The position numbers were made by a program, and so were the translations under genes. A stretch of 64,000 nucleotides of DNA. Origin: a virus (taxonomy: Duplodnaviria; Caudoviricetes). The stretch is from the IMG/VR virus record IMGVR_UViG_3300028591_000103, positions 1 through 64,000 of that record. One strand, 5' to 3'. Positions within the stretch are counted from its first letter, which is position 1. Each line of letters opens with the position of its first letter. Below, piece after piece: positions 10,401-19,870 of the stretch. Below the pieces are notes generated by a model. It worked only from the letters and a program-made list of their open reading frames with translations, had not been told where the DNA came from and ran no database searches.

Positions 10401-11903
10401 CCAGGAGTGTATACTCCTGTCAAACCCGTAGCACCAAAATTTTTACCAGATGAGGCATCGCATCCCTATTTAACATCACCTCATTTTGCAAAACGTGATC
10501 GTTTATTTGAATTAAACTTTTTCAATTCTATGCATGATCGATACAAGTTATATCGAAAGGTGCATTCGAATCGCATTGTGACGAATATCGATGAAAAAAC
10601 ACTTCAATTCACAGAAGACGGTAAAGTCAGAGTTTCTGACGATGTAGGTGGTAAAAACATCCGCATTACAGATGCAAGAGGTTGCTATTTTGACACAGCT
10701 CCTTCGAAAGCAACCATTGATGATTTTGTTCAACTTGGGACTGGGTTGAAAGTTATTGGCGGAACTTGCCCGAAAGAATATTTCTCAAATAAAGCTTCAT
10801 TGAAAAATTATATATTGGATACACTTGGTGACAATAGTGGTGCAAACTTAACAATCGCTGATTGTATCGGTGTGTATATTCAAATGAGGTTACGTACAAC
10901 AGATCCGGATCCATCGTATTATACAGCTGATTTGAACAACGTGGGACCAAGGGGTGTTGGAGCTATTTATTCGCCATTATCAATGACCCCTTCTTCATCA
11001 TTAGAACTTTCATATGTGAATACATGTTATCATGACATGATGGAAGGTTTTGATCTGGGTAAAAATGCTATGATGGCAGTATATCCAAAACGACAATATC
11101 TCCAAGTGACAGGTTCGGCTCTAAAAGATAGGATAGCTGGTATACTTGACACAGCAACGTATAAAACAAATTATTTCGAATTATTCACTGCTGTAAAAAG
11201 CCACTATTCTCTCGGCATATCATTTGATGAATCTGATAGTGCTTCAATGATTCGTGCCAAATTCACCGCTTATTTTTCGAATCCAATTATACTGAAATAT
11301 TTCTCTGATGACGAATTTCCATTAGACTGGTTATTCAATGAATATGTTGCAATGTTGGCTGCTGCGCCAGAAGGTGGTGATACACCAACTCCTACACCAA
11401 CGCCAACAAGCTATGAACTTGTACATCCAGCTGCTCCGACGTTTGCAACGGGTACATACTATTTGTATGATGATCAAACACAAACGTATTCGTTGAGAGA
11501 TCCTGATGAAGAACCTTCTGATTGGGATACATCATATGTGAATTACTACACGAGAAGTGGCTCATCTGAACCGTACACATATACACAAGTCACAGGTGAA
11601 CCGAGTGATTGGAAGACTGACTTTGGCACATATTACACACAAGACACTGTTGACACAAGTGTGTATAATCCTGTCGAGGGCGTTGCTCCTGTGTTTGAAC
11701 AGAACAAATATTATTCGGAAGAAAGTTTTGATTCATTCCCTCCGACAGCATTGAGTACACAACCGGATGATTGGGAAACAAATTATATGGATTATTATAT
11801 TTTTAAACGTGTCGGACTTCTTCAATTTGATTTCGTTCATGTTGAAGGTGATGCACCAGCATTCGAGGATAACAAATATTATCGAGCAATTTATACGGGG
11901 TGA
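7422..11903 (+). CDS. Tail fibre protein with phage tail repeat and Trp/Tyr-rich repeats
   Basis: GAAGGAG RBS favours ATG 7422; VNSVNGRTGVVILTSEDVGLGNVDN tail repeat; repeated PxDWxxxYxxYY...APxFxxxxYY modules. Confidence 0.8.
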   Translation: MSMDNVQLKQEDMLNNDVVLSDINPVTNTASVDDSATGEKLQTTIELIWNAINNKLTRVVNSVNGRTGVVILTSEDVGLGNVDNVSFTDIKQWLIERLEQAFRDKKLYLFNTMDEVNAIVDLNDESYAWAPFFVEARDGRLGDDQKSCIGLFTWDTTSSQLSKEYMEINTIGFGVSQDVGGSPSIIYDQQVDKNGTIIDMRGGGIAVNIHKDEDALYIDDSGMTKSSQGLRIDKSKVTPRTFLIDGVYGYNETYKWVKVIEGYFNPIDSLFYKEYDKKKAQYSGVYENGDPNAIYRDKRKHTDDYPDFEPNKYYASEQDVIINEPFTTEPFDWRENYMDYYEIGTDPSSPTYNQIYHVPPVGEVYAYGYKYNESTNPPRWSFYRQISYDSLYGEWKGEQMADSFLTWNAPRLTDPLCEIIIDGRVFPEAHINRDWINAHDEFRKNDIIICVFSYDKYVNEQALFGGIAGWVAEHPLNNFVPYGMNWEYMSLQPAVGTVTQIPVNDDPAIHYRIEFKSLRTNIDGYGVKYIPNHQSVYDNPADVNSFKEATSQLSIDVTTSQTDDETSFTGYGSRNVSGVQTMSSVFSPLNGVHPDTADNPINLNSHTFSLSGADRVRDARGGLFVSTDGSIANFAEECYSPNKGRDGCEAFPTYYDPFAEKIVNQPGYIGHDKYLGSTSVHNFSWSSVSSSGGNFRYPNIAEYGYGTRFQNMWSRLTVNLNKIVGHSQLNAAIPEDEGGPTVTDITKNHFRIRFYNAAGLKFIPVNSATATSTIKDHLITSAELKSFGMNDGLDAYGNDRMIFIRKESGGLSVNVGRFLEINPVVTYSAEEYNDGGKVNVRIGKGLKEDVYYKAVKFDTYEYPNAYDVSEKEWEDDYDNFAYRDTLDPLDPEKIVDLTTDWVSFTRADQKPDDWDTEWWKYWFNPYPSESSMLTDPYRASWFRIPKNNPPEFVAGTYYEKVHDASLDIDVYNPLTKQPYDWETRCNNYYVSDSPGVYTPVKPVAPKFLPDEASHPYLTSPHFAKRDRLFELNFFNSMHDRYKLYRKVHSNRIVTNIDEKTLQFTEDGKVRVSDDVGGKNIRITDARGCYFDTAPSKATIDDFVQLGTGLKVIGGTCPKEYFSNKASLKNYILDTLGDNSGANLTIADCIGVYIQMRLRTTDPDPSYYTADLNNVGPRGVGAIYSPLSMTPSSSLELSYVNTCYHDMMEGFDLGKNAMMAVYPKRQYLQVTGSALKDRIAGILDTATYKTNYFELFTAVKSHYSLGISFDESDSASMIRAKFTAYFSNPIILKYFSDDEFPLDWLFNEYVAMLAAAPEGGDTPTPTPTPTSYELVHPAAPTFATGTYYLYDDQTQTYSLRDPDEEPSDWDTSYVNYYTRSGSSEPYTYTQVTGEPSDWKTDFGTYYTQDTVDTSVYNPVEGVAPVFEQNKYYSEESFDSFPPTALSTQPDDWETNYMDYYIFKRVGLLQFDFVHVEGDAPAFEDNKYYRAIYTG

Positions 11904-11909
11904 TATTAG

Positions 11910-12374
11910 ATGAATGAGATTACAGTCTCTTTGAATTCTGATCTGAGATTCAATGAAAACAAGATTTCGATCAATCGCAACAGTTCATCCGATAATGCTT
12001 TCGAAGTAAAGTCCGATGGTATTTACGTTAGCAAATCGGGTGGAGGAACCATGGACGGTTTCATTGACAAGGATTATGGTATGTTCCGTATCGGATATGG
12101 CAGTGGATATGTTAACCCAGGTACACCATTTGATCAACCTGGACGTGTTTCGGCGCATAATTGCGTTCACAAAACATTCACCATGAAAGAAAATAGTCAC
12201 GTACCAGCATACAGAGAAGAGATTGATTGTTATAAACCGGGGGATTTTGTCCGAATCCCCCGGGGAAACAATCAATACGAATATTTCATTATAACAGCAA
12301 CAACCCTTGGAAGCGAGGACAATGCTCGTTTAGGAAATTCAATAAGTCTCATGGCATCATTAGGAACTTGGTGA
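11910..12374 (+). CDS. Hypothetical tail-fibre-associated protein
   Basis: 154 aa; co-directional; NAFEVKSDGIYV fibre-shaft-like motif. Confidence 0.65.
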   Translation: MNEITVSLNSDLRFNENKISINRNSSSDNAFEVKSDGIYVSKSGGGTMDGFIDKDYGMFRIGYGSGYVNPGTPFDQPGRVSAHNCVHKTFTMKENSHVPAYREEIDCYKPGDFVRIPRGNNQYEYFIITATTLGSEDNARLGNSISLMASLGTW

Positions 12375-12383
12375 GGTGATGAT

Positions 12384-12707
12384 ATGGTTACGATAACATA
12401 TGATTTTGACCCGAGTTGTTTTATTCCGTCAACCATGACCGTTAGGGTTTCATCAGATTCTACCAATGCCGTATACATCGATGAACATGGACAAATTGCG
12501 CTAAGAGATATTTCTGGAAGCATCAATCAACGAAATACTCCGGGTGATGGATTCGATGGAGAATTCGGAAAACCACTCCCTGTATTGCGCTTCAATAGCA
12601 CAGTTTCCAGAAAAGTATCTGGTGATCCAACACCATCGAATGAAGGCGTTTGTATTCCTGACATGCTTGCTGGGTATTGGGCTTCCAAGGGTCTTGATCC
12701 GGATTGA
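12384..12707 (+). CDS. Hypothetical tail-fibre-associated protein
   Basis: 107 aa; GAGGTGA RBS. Confidence 0.65.
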   Translation: MVTITYDFDPSCFIPSTMTVRVSSDSTNAVYIDEHGQIALRDISGSINQRNTPGDGFDGEFGKPLPVLRFNSTVSRKVSGDPTPSNEGVCIPDMLAGYWASKGLDPD

Positions 12708-12723
12708 GAATGGTGGTGATATA

Positions 12724-13431
12724 ATGTTTACAATTAATATGTCACTCGGAAAGGGCTTGAAAACGACTGATGGTAAAATCACGTTGGATTTTGCAAACAG
12801 TGTTCCTGTGACAAAAACGAATGGAGTATTCATCGATAAGAGTCAGATCGGTAGTGAAGGTGTATCTGAGGGAATGGAAGGTTGCATTGATAATTATACC
12901 GTGAAAAAGATCGGTATTGATACAAATGGTCATGCAAATTTGGCGGCCAATCCGGATGTCATTCCAATGATATATACGATGGGTCGACAAAAACGGACAA
13001 CCATTCCTGCAACATCAGGTACATATTTCAATGGTATGGACAGTACACACAACAAAACCATTGAAGATATTATCGATGAATTGAATACCCTTTCAGACTA
13101 TCCGGCAAGTCAGGCATCAGGTACAACGATGTATCGACTTACACCAGGAGATCTGTTCCAACTTCGCGAAACATCACGGCCGGTTGACAGAAATAATTCA
13201 GTTTACGGGTGGTGGATTGCATTGGATGATTTGAACCGATATGAGAATGATGTGATAAAAGCGATGTTCCATGTCAATGAAGCCGAATACAATCATCCAT
13301 CTATATCAAATTATTTGATGAAGCTGTCATTGCGTTGTATATGGATTGCTGAAGATATTCCACAATCATTTACTGTAGGAACCATATATACCGGATATGG
13401 TAAACAGAATACAGCTCATCCTCGGACATAA
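12724..13431 (+). CDS. Hypothetical tail-fibre-associated protein
   Basis: GGTGGTGA RBS before ATG 12724; LGKGLKTTDGKITLD shaft-like repeat. Confidence 0.65.
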   Translation: MFTINMSLGKGLKTTDGKITLDFANSVPVTKTNGVFIDKSQIGSEGVSEGMEGCIDNYTVKKIGIDTNGHANLAANPDVIPMIYTMGRQKRTTIPATSGTYFNGMDSTHNKTIEDIIDELNTLSDYPASQASGTTMYRLTPGDLFQLRETSRPVDRNNSVYGWWIALDDLNRYENDVIKAMFHVNEAEYNHPSISNYLMKLSLRCIWIAEDIPQSFTVGTIYTGYGKQNTAHPRT

Positions 13432-13464
13432 TTTTTTTATTATAAAATGAAAGGAAGCGATTTT

Positions 13465-14778
13465 GTGAATCAGGAAATTAATCTGGTAGATCATGCTGGA
13501 TTCAAAGATGAAACACAATACACGGAACCCAAACACTATCTGAAAGGTGTTGTTGAAATTTCCAGACGAAATAAAACAACTGGCGAAACACAGTTTGTTC
13601 ATCGTGGAAATAACATCATTCCGATCTCCGGTTATCAATGGATTCTGATGAAGATGTTTGGTTTGTATCTTGATGCACCACATCACGTTTCATACGAACA
13701 GCTCGACCAAGATACGAATCTGGTGATTCCGGAATTAAACCAAACTTCTTCTACAAGAAACGGAATGGGAATCGGTGTTGATCCAAATAATTACTCATTG
13801 ATGGGTGAGAACATTTCGTCTGATCATATCTGTCAAGGATTCATGGTCGGTAATGGTGGCGCTGGAGAAGATCAGCTTACAACAAAGAATACGGACTATT
13901 CTTTCATCAATCTGAGAAATCCGATTCCATTCTTACAGACACAAGATCATCTGACTGGTGAAGATGCCGCAATGTATACCGGAAGACTTCGCACAGGTTC
14001 TTCTGGTTATACCTATTCTTATTATATCAAGAAATTCTCCGAAGTCCCTCACATCTATCACAGCTGGTGGAAAGATGGACAGAAGTGGGATTATGTTGAT
14101 CCTGTAACTCCATCTGATCTCGGACCGGATGCAACGGATGGTGCTCCAAAGACAAATCGTATCGAGACATATGTTGAATGCAAACTCGTATTGTCCGAAG
14201 ATGATTTCCAGGCATATTTCGCAAATGCAAACAATAGCCAAACACCAGCAATCAATGAGCTTGGTCTGGTTGCATTTGACACAACGCTGAACGGCGTTCG
14301 TTCCATCTACCTTGAGATGTATCGGATGTATGTAAAACCGCTTATTTCGATTCTTTTCAAGAGTGGCGAATTGACAGAAACCGATAAGGGATATCTGAGA
14401 ATCCTTGCAACGAATATCACATCGATCATTTCAAACCAAGATCAGGTATATCGTGAGCAAGAAAATATTGCATCACTGTATACATTGTGTGTGGCAATTC
14501 AGGCGGATCAAGCATTCCCTGTGGAGAATATTCAGGAATATCAGGCAACACTCGGAAGCGAAGAGTGTCTGAGCGTTATTGCATACTATAATCAGTATGG
14601 TGAATATTCGCATGAAGTCGATCAGTTCAAAACAATTGTTACGACTGATGAGACTTTCGACACATCTGAGCCGGATGAAGCACAGCGAATTAAGTTGGTT
14701 ACGTATTATACATTCAAATCAATTCCGATTGAAGAGAATTGGGAGACGTTAATCAATTACAGAATCTATGCAAACTAA
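13465..14778 (+). CDS. Tail/baseplate structural protein (tail-collar-like fold)
   Basis: AAGGAAG RBS before GTG; GNNII...GFMVGNGG...INELGL...INYRIY pattern. Confidence 0.6.
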   Translation: MNQEINLVDHAGFKDETQYTEPKHYLKGVVEISRRNKTTGETQFVHRGNNIIPISGYQWILMKMFGLYLDAPHHVSYEQLDQDTNLVIPELNQTSSTRNGMGIGVDPNNYSLMGENISSDHICQGFMVGNGGAGEDQLTTKNTDYSFINLRNPIPFLQTQDHLTGEDAAMYTGRLRTGSSGYTYSYYIKKFSEVPHIYHSWWKDGQKWDYVDPVTPSDLGPDATDGAPKTNRIETYVECKLVLSEDDFQAYFANANNSQTPAINELGLVAFDTTLNGVRSIYLEMYRMYVKPLISILFKSGELTETDKGYLRILATNITSIISNQDQVYREQENIASLYTLCVAIQADQAFPVENIQEYQATLGSEECLSVIAYYNQYGEYSHEVDQFKTIVTTDETFDTSEPDEAQRIKLVTYYTFKSIPIEENWETLINYRIYAN

Positions 14779-14790
14779 TGGAGGTCTGGG

Positions 14791-15366
14791 ATGGATACCA
14801 ATCAGAAAAATGTGACTGATATGTTACAGACAGCAAATGCACGATCAAAAGCAACAATCGCCTCTGTGATCAATACTGTACAAACAGTGAGATGGAAGCA
14901 TGTTGCTTTTGTCATCCCTGTCGTTCCGGAGCCATCCCATCGACCCAGATTGAATAAGAATCGTATTTATGTTCCTGGAGCTGCAAAGCATCAACGGTAT
15001 TTTGACCGTATGATTCGTCCAACGTTGAATGGATTATTCATTTCGACACCATGCAAGATTTCAACGGATATTTATATTCCGACCCCGAAATCATTTACGT
15101 TTGTACAACGTGTATTGGCCGAAATGAAGATCCTTCGACCTTGGGTGAACTGTGGAGATGTTGATAACTTCGAGAAAGCATTATATGATCAGATTCAACC
15201 AAATGAACATCGTGGTCATGTCGGGATTATGGCCAACGACTCATTGATTATTGATGCTGACACACATAAATACTATTCGCAAACACCTCGTTATGAAGTG
15301 AAGATTTCATATATGGGTAAAATGCCTCCGGAGTTGAAAAAGATTCTACGAATCAGAGATTTCTAA
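14791..15366 (+). CDS. rusA: RusA-family Holliday junction resolvase
   Basis: PEPSHRPR, GDVDNFEKALYD, NDSLIIDADTHKYYS..PRYEVKI motifs. Confidence 0.85.
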   Translation: MDTNQKNVTDMLQTANARSKATIASVINTVQTVRWKHVAFVIPVVPEPSHRPRLNKNRIYVPGAAKHQRYFDRMIRPTLNGLFISTPCKISTDIYIPTPKSFTFVQRVLAEMKILRPWVNCGDVDNFEKALYDQIQPNEHRGHVGIMANDSLIIDADTHKYYSQTPRYEVKISYMGKMPPELKKILRIRDF

Positions 15367-15390
15367 TATCATACGAAAGGGGTATGTCAT

Positions 15391-17061
15391 ATGCCTGATA
15401 AAAATCAGACAAAAACGACTGAGGAAAAAGAATCCGGTGGATTCTCGAAAAGCCTTAATGAACTGAATAAATCTGGAGAAGATTTCGGCAAAGCTTTTGG
15501 TGATCTCAGAAAAAATACCGGAGAGCTGGGTGGTAATGCCGGTGCTCTCGGTGGAACTGTTGGTGCTATTGCATCAGGAGCACTTCGCAAGACTTCCGCA
15601 AATGCTGGTGGCTATGATTATGCCAAAACAGTTATCGGACGTGCTTCAAAGAATACGTTCGAGTTCCCGGTATTCATGTCCTCATCCGTTCCGATGGATT
15701 ATGCGACTGCTGTTAATTCATTGCTCGAACAGATTTATGCTTCTTATCTGCAAATGGCGATTTCCATGCAGCCTGTCATCAGTTACAGAGAAGCGGAAAA
15801 TGGTCCGTTTGATGCAATGAAGACAAACGTAACAAAGTATCTGGAGTACACAACTTCTGAATGGGCTCATGATGCTTGTGAGAATCATATTGTTACAGAA
15901 GCTTCTGAAGCAGAGTTCCATATGATCAATATCACTGAAAAAGATGCAGCCATCATTCAGGAAGCTCTGGATTATGTGCCGTTGTCTGAATTCGATCATT
16001 TCTTCCAGGAAGCTGGTAATTATCGTAGACTTCGTGAACAGCAGATGCGCGATGAACATGACAAAGCGGAACGCGAAAAGCAAAAGGACCTTCGTCAGAA
16101 GTTGAAAGACAAGAAGGATGAAGAAGATCGCGACGCAAAAAGAACACGTGATGAAGCTGAAGAATCCCGCAAGGAAGCAAAAGAAAAACGTGAAGTCGAG
16201 AAAGCCACACGTGAAAAAGCGGAAGAATCTCGTAAGGCAGCAAAAGAAAAACGCGATATCGATCAATACGAACGTGATAAAAATTCTCAAGCGATTCTTG
16301 ATAAACAGCGTGTCGGACAATCCAATCGCGATTTCGAGAAGCATGCAATGGATATGAAGGTCAAAGCACCTCAGTTGATGGATGAAACCAAGATTCAGAA
16401 ACTGAATACCATGAAACCTTTGATGATGACAGCAAGTCTCAAAATCAAGGATAAGAATGGCGCAATATCCAATGCTGTTGATTACGTCGTTGGTGTTAAG
16501 ACACACTGTCGTGTTGTTCCTGCCGATATTCTTCCGGATGTTGTAAAGTATCCTCAAAAGGAAATGAATCGCCTTACACACAAAGCAAAATGGCGCGCAG
16601 GCGAAATCAAGTTCCTTGATTACTTCTTCAACCGCAATGCAAAGAAGCAGGCGGCATATGATTCCAAAGATCCAAACAGACGTTGGTATCATCGTCTCTA
16701 TACCCTTGCACATTCCAAGGGTTCTTCTGCTCTTGCAAGAAAAATCAGTGGTTCTAAATCACCTGATGGATTAATTCCGAATGTCACAATGGTTATGACA
16801 AAAGCCGATGTGGATATGATCGAATCCGAAACCAGTATTGATTTGCTCAAGGGCTCTGCAGCAAGAAGTTTCTGTAAAGAACTTTTCTTGATCTGTCTGA
16901 TCGTTCTGGATACTGATGCACAGTCTATCAAGATCCTTCTTCCGGATATCAATAACGATTATGAAGTACACTCGTTTGCTTCTGTCAATAAACAGCTTGC
17001 CACATTGGATACTGCCGGAGATGTATCTCGTGAAGTCAGTAAACTGATGCGTGGAAGATAA
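15391..17061 (+). CDS. Virion (probable internal head) protein
   Basis: 556 aa; FFQEA maturation-like motif followed by a charged coiled-coil insert. Confidence 0.7.
   Translation: MPDKNQTKTTEEKESGGFSKSLNELNKSGEDFGKAFGDLRKNTGELGGNAGALGGTVGAIASGALRKTSANAGGYDYAKTVIGRASKNTFEFPVFMSSSVPMDYATAVNSLLEQIYASYLQMAISMQPVISYREAENGPFDAMKTNVTKYLEYTTSEWAHDACENHIVTEASEAEFHMINITEKDAAIIQEALDYVPLSEFDHFFQEAGNYRRLREQQMRDEHDKAEREKQKDLRQKLKDKKDEEDRDAKRTRDEAEESRKEAKEKREVEKATREKAEESRKAAKEKRDIDQYERDKNSQAILDKQRVGQSNRDFEKHAMDMKVKAPQLMDETKIQKLNTMKPLMMTASLKIKDKNGAISNAVDYVVGVKTHCRVVPADILPDVVKYPQKEMNRLTHKAKWRAGEIKFLDYFFNRNAKKQAAYDSKDPNRRWYHRLYTLAHSKGSSALARKISGSKSPDGLIPNVTMVMTKADVDMIESETSIDLLKGSAARSFCKELFLICLIVLDTDAQSIKILLPDINNDYEVHSFASVNKQLATLDTAGDVSREVSKLMRGR
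16144..16269 (+). repeat. 63-nt (21-aa) tandem duplication
   Basis: TRDEAEESRKEAKEKREVEKA / TREKAEESRKAAKEKRDIDQY. Confidence 0.7.
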
Positions 17062-17079
17062 TAAGTGAGGTGATATAGA

Positions 17080-18195
17080 ATGTTGAAATCAAAGAAGCAA
17101 ACTCAAAAAGAATTGGATGCTGCGATGCTTTCGCTGAACACAGTTCTTCGTGAGTTGTATACCAATAAGAGCAGTGATGAATTCAAGATGAAAGGTGATA
17201 TCACGAAGTCATCATCTTATCATTCGATTGAAACAATGATTGCCGATCTTTCATCGTTAAAGGGTTACAATCAGAATGACGCTGCTGATCTCAAGCAGTT
17301 GTTCACGACACTTCATCGTCCGATCTTCAAGACCATGGTGAAGGAATACATCATGGAACCGAATGATCGAAACACTGTGTTCACTGCGACATTCACCATG
17401 GGTTATCGTCTTTTAACCGGTGAACTGGCAAGAATCTTCTCTTCTACGGAGTCTACTCCGAAGGGTATTGTTTACAAGCCCGATAAGAATTCTCGTAAGA
17501 AAGATGCTTCCAAGATGATCAAAATGTTCAATGCTGATCTGGAGAGGAAGCTTGACAGCTATGTCAAGAGTCAGTCGATCGGTAATGATGATAAGCCTGT
17601 GAATGAATCATACCTGACAGAAATCCTGAAAGGTCGTCCAGAAGAACCGTCTGATGAAACTGTTCAGGAGGGCGTTGGTGCAATCGTGGCAAAAGGAGCT
17701 TCAGGTATTGCTGGAGCACTCGCAAAAGGTGCAGCTGCAATTGCTCCGACTGCAACAAATATTGGCATCATCTCTGCATCTGTCGGAATGTTGGCCGGTT
17801 TGTTTGCAGGTATTCACAGTATCTTCAGAGGTTTGAACCCGGTTGCTGATGTCAACTATCTTTTCATGAATTCTTATGAAAAGAAAATCAGTAAACTGAG
17901 TGCTGTCGCAGCAATGTATGAAGAAACCAAGAAAGCTTATGAGGAATACATGAAGATTCCGGAAGCAAAACGTCAGAAGAAGGTTGAAAGCAAGTATATC
18001 CAGAATATGGAGAAATATAATATTACGATGCAAAACCTTGCTGCTGAAATCGAGCATTTCAATCAACGTGCGGAAAAAGAATCCCAGGAACATGCAAAAG
18101 ATGTTAAAGACAAGCTCCCTGACGATTCTTCAAATCCGCAGGGAGGTGATTCTGGAAACGGCTCCGATAATCCGGATGACGATTTCCAGTTCTAA
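17080..18195 (+). CDS. Virion protein with Gly/Ala-rich hydrophobic segment
   Basis: 371 aa; TVQE|GVGAIVAKGASGIAGAL... segment; GAGGTGA RBS. Confidence 0.7.
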   Translation: MLKSKKQTQKELDAAMLSLNTVLRELYTNKSSDEFKMKGDITKSSSYHSIETMIADLSSLKGYNQNDAADLKQLFTTLHRPIFKTMVKEYIMEPNDRNTVFTATFTMGYRLLTGELARIFSSTESTPKGIVYKPDKNSRKKDASKMIKMFNADLERKLDSYVKSQSIGNDDKPVNESYLTEILKGRPEEPSDETVQEGVGAIVAKGASGIAGALAKGAAAIAPTATNIGIISASVGMLAGLFAGIHSIFRGLNPVADVNYLFMNSYEKKISKLSAVAAMYEETKKAYEEYMKIPEAKRQKKVESKYIQNMEKYNITMQNLAAEIEHFNQRAEKESQEHAKDVKDKLPDDSSNPQGGDSGNGSDNPDDDFQF

Positions 18196-18207
18196 TGTGT
18201 AATATAG

Positions 18208-18232
18208 ATGGAGGGGCGAAAGCCCCTCCATC
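18208..18232 (+). terminator. Intrinsic terminator
   Basis: gatggaggggc gaaa gcccctccatc followed by atttt. Confidence 0.85.
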
Positions 18233-18253
18233 ATTTTATTACTTTTATACACA

Positions 18254-18268
18254 TATATATTTTATATG
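18254..18268 (+). promoter_or_regulatory. Candidate phage promoter TATATA-N-TT-N3-ATG
   Basis: TATATA T TT TAT ATG just after the terminator. Confidence 0.55.
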
Positions 18269-18573
18269 TAGAAAGGAGTTCGATATCGTTCAGAAATGAA
18301 GTGAATCACTTATGACGAATCAAACACAAATATTGGCCGCGTCGGATTACAGCGACGCGACCAACAATGTGTCGGTCATTATGACCGATCCGTATGAGAT
18401 GTTGCATTCGTACTTCGAGAGAGTATTGAATCCATCCATACATTCACAAAAGATCTTATGCGTGCCGATGATTCTGAACAGATGAGTCGGTTCGTACGAT
18501 AAGATCCACCTATGTATGTATCATTGATGATGGGCCCGAACCATCAATGGGTATCAATGATACATACATTTTT
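18266..18573 (+). ncRNA. Candidate structured ncRNA (~310 nt), family unknown
   Basis: Five consecutive hairpins, long-range pairings, and a terminal 17-bp stem followed by a T tract. Confidence 0.6.
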
Positions 18574-18619
18574 GTATTGGTTACACTACCAATTATATTA
18601 TGGAAAGGAGGTTACTTGT

Positions 18620-19048
18620 TTGAAAATACAATATATTGTAGATGATCTCGCAAATGTATTAACGGAATATTATATGAAACTCCGTAATATAAATGTGAAC
18701 GACACGAAACGTACGATTATGAAGCTTCATATGAAACAAGCAATCTCCGATACATACAAATACCTGTATGAACCTGTGGAAGAGGTATGGATGATCGACG
18801 TATTATACCATATGAATTTACACACATATGAACTAAATCATGATGTGGATTATGATCGTATTGAAATAGATACTATTATACAAGACATTCGTGAAAAGCT
18901 TGATATCATTCTAAATGAATTGGGCGATACTATAAATAATAGCGATGACATCATAATCATCCGTTGTGTACCATTTGATGGTTTCTCAATATCCACGCGA
19001 GACATTACACAATTATTGGATTTAGATTGTGATGTTATCAGAAAATGA
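18620..19048 (+). CDS. Hypothetical protein
   Basis: AAGGAGG RBS before TTG 18620; 142 aa. Confidence 0.65.
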   Translation: MKIQYIVDDLANVLTEYYMKLRNINVNDTKRTIMKLHMKQAISDTYKYLYEPVEEVWMIDVLYHMNLHTYELNHDVDYDRIEIDTIIQDIREKLDIILNELGDTINNSDDIIIIRCVPFDGFSISTRDITQLLDLDCDVIRK

Positions 19049-19063
19049 AAAGAGGTGAATCAT

Positions 19064-19261
19064 ATGTCACGTTCCATTCGAATCATGGATGACAATCAGC
19101 AACTGATTGGTGAGCTGATGACTGCGTCAAACACTGATATTCTTGCATACATTGCAAAGGGTTTAAAAGTGTATGATAAGAAAACTGGTGAGATGATCAC
19201 AGAATCGGCAATGACAGAAGAGCTCGGTGTTTCTGATGGTGGAATCATCATGGAAGCGTAA
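19064..19261 (+). CDS. Hypothetical protein
   Basis: GAGGTGA RBS; 65 aa. Confidence 0.7.
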   Translation: MSRSIRIMDDNQQLIGELMTASNTDILAYIAKGLKVYDKKTGEMITESAMTEELGVSDGGIIMEA

Positions 19262-19282
19262 TTTTTTTTTGTCATTCACACA

Positions 19283-19297
19283 TATATACTTACGATG
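19283..19297 (+). promoter_or_regulatory. Candidate phage promoter TATATA-N-TT-N3-ATG
   Basis: TATATA C TT ACG ATG upstream of the gene at 19358. Confidence 0.55.
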
Positions 19298-19357
19298 TAT
19301 AATCGGGAAAGACTCGGTTGTATATAAAATCTATTCTTTCATAAGGAGGAAAAAACT

Positions 19358-19774
19358 ATGGCAACCAACAAACCTAGTTCACTGTCTGCATTCCATGCAT
19401 ACTGCAAAGAAAAGGAGAACACTCTCTTTCAGAATGCTCTTCGTGAATCTTACAAAGTGAACGCCAAGAAGCTTGGTTATCCGAGCAAGGATGAAATCGG
19501 CATCGTCGATAATGCTGTCATGGATGGTTCTCACATCGCTGAGGTGATTCCGACGCTGATTTCGAACTACATGCATGATGAAAAGCGTGCATTCGATCTT
19601 CCGGCTCCGGATAAGAAGACTGCTCCGGCAACCATCAAAGTTGTTGCAGTTCCGGAAAAGACCAAGACAGGTACTGTCATGCTTGGTGACAAGAAGGGTC
19701 AGACCTATACCTCTACTGTCAAAGCGCATGAAGAGTACAAGGTCAAGTCTCGTACCAAGGATTTCAAGAAGTGA
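19358..19774 (+). CDS. Basic, probably highly expressed protein (possible DNA-binding, HU-arm-like)
   Basis: 138 aa; AAGGAGG RBS; biased codon usage; Lys-rich beta-arm-like C-terminus; own promoter and terminator. Confidence 0.6.
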   Translation: MATNKPSSLSAFHAYCKEKENTLFQNALRESYKVNAKKLGYPSKDEIGIVDNAVMDGSHIAEVIPTLISNYMHDEKRAFDLPAPDKKTAPATIKVVAVPEKTKTGTVMLGDKKGQTYTSTVKAHEEYKVKSRTKDFKK

Positions 19775-19816
19775 GTTAAGGGTTCCTCGCTTTTTGGATA
19801 AAGATCTGACATGTTG

Positions 19817-19846
19817 AATACAATGGGGCTTCGGCCCCATTGTATT
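19817..19846 (+). terminator. Intrinsic terminator
   Basis: aatacaatggggc ttcg gccccattgtatt. Confidence 0.8.
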
Positions 19847-19870
19847 CCACTCACTTTGGAGGTAATTGAA

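Noticed and set aside
15718-16713. 331-aa - strand hydrophobic ORF
   Set aside because: Antisense to the Lys/Glu-rich region of the 556-aa gene; its composition is an artefact.
18290-18512. tmRNA or tRNA (TNQTQILAA frame; GGTTCG...TCCACC)
   Set aside because: No stop after LAA, no canonical T-arm or matching 5' acceptor strand, and no CCA end; kept only as an unknown structured RNA.
18512-18619. N-terminal extension of the 178-aa ORF
   Set aside because: Overlaps a long hairpin; a strong RBS points to TTG 18620.
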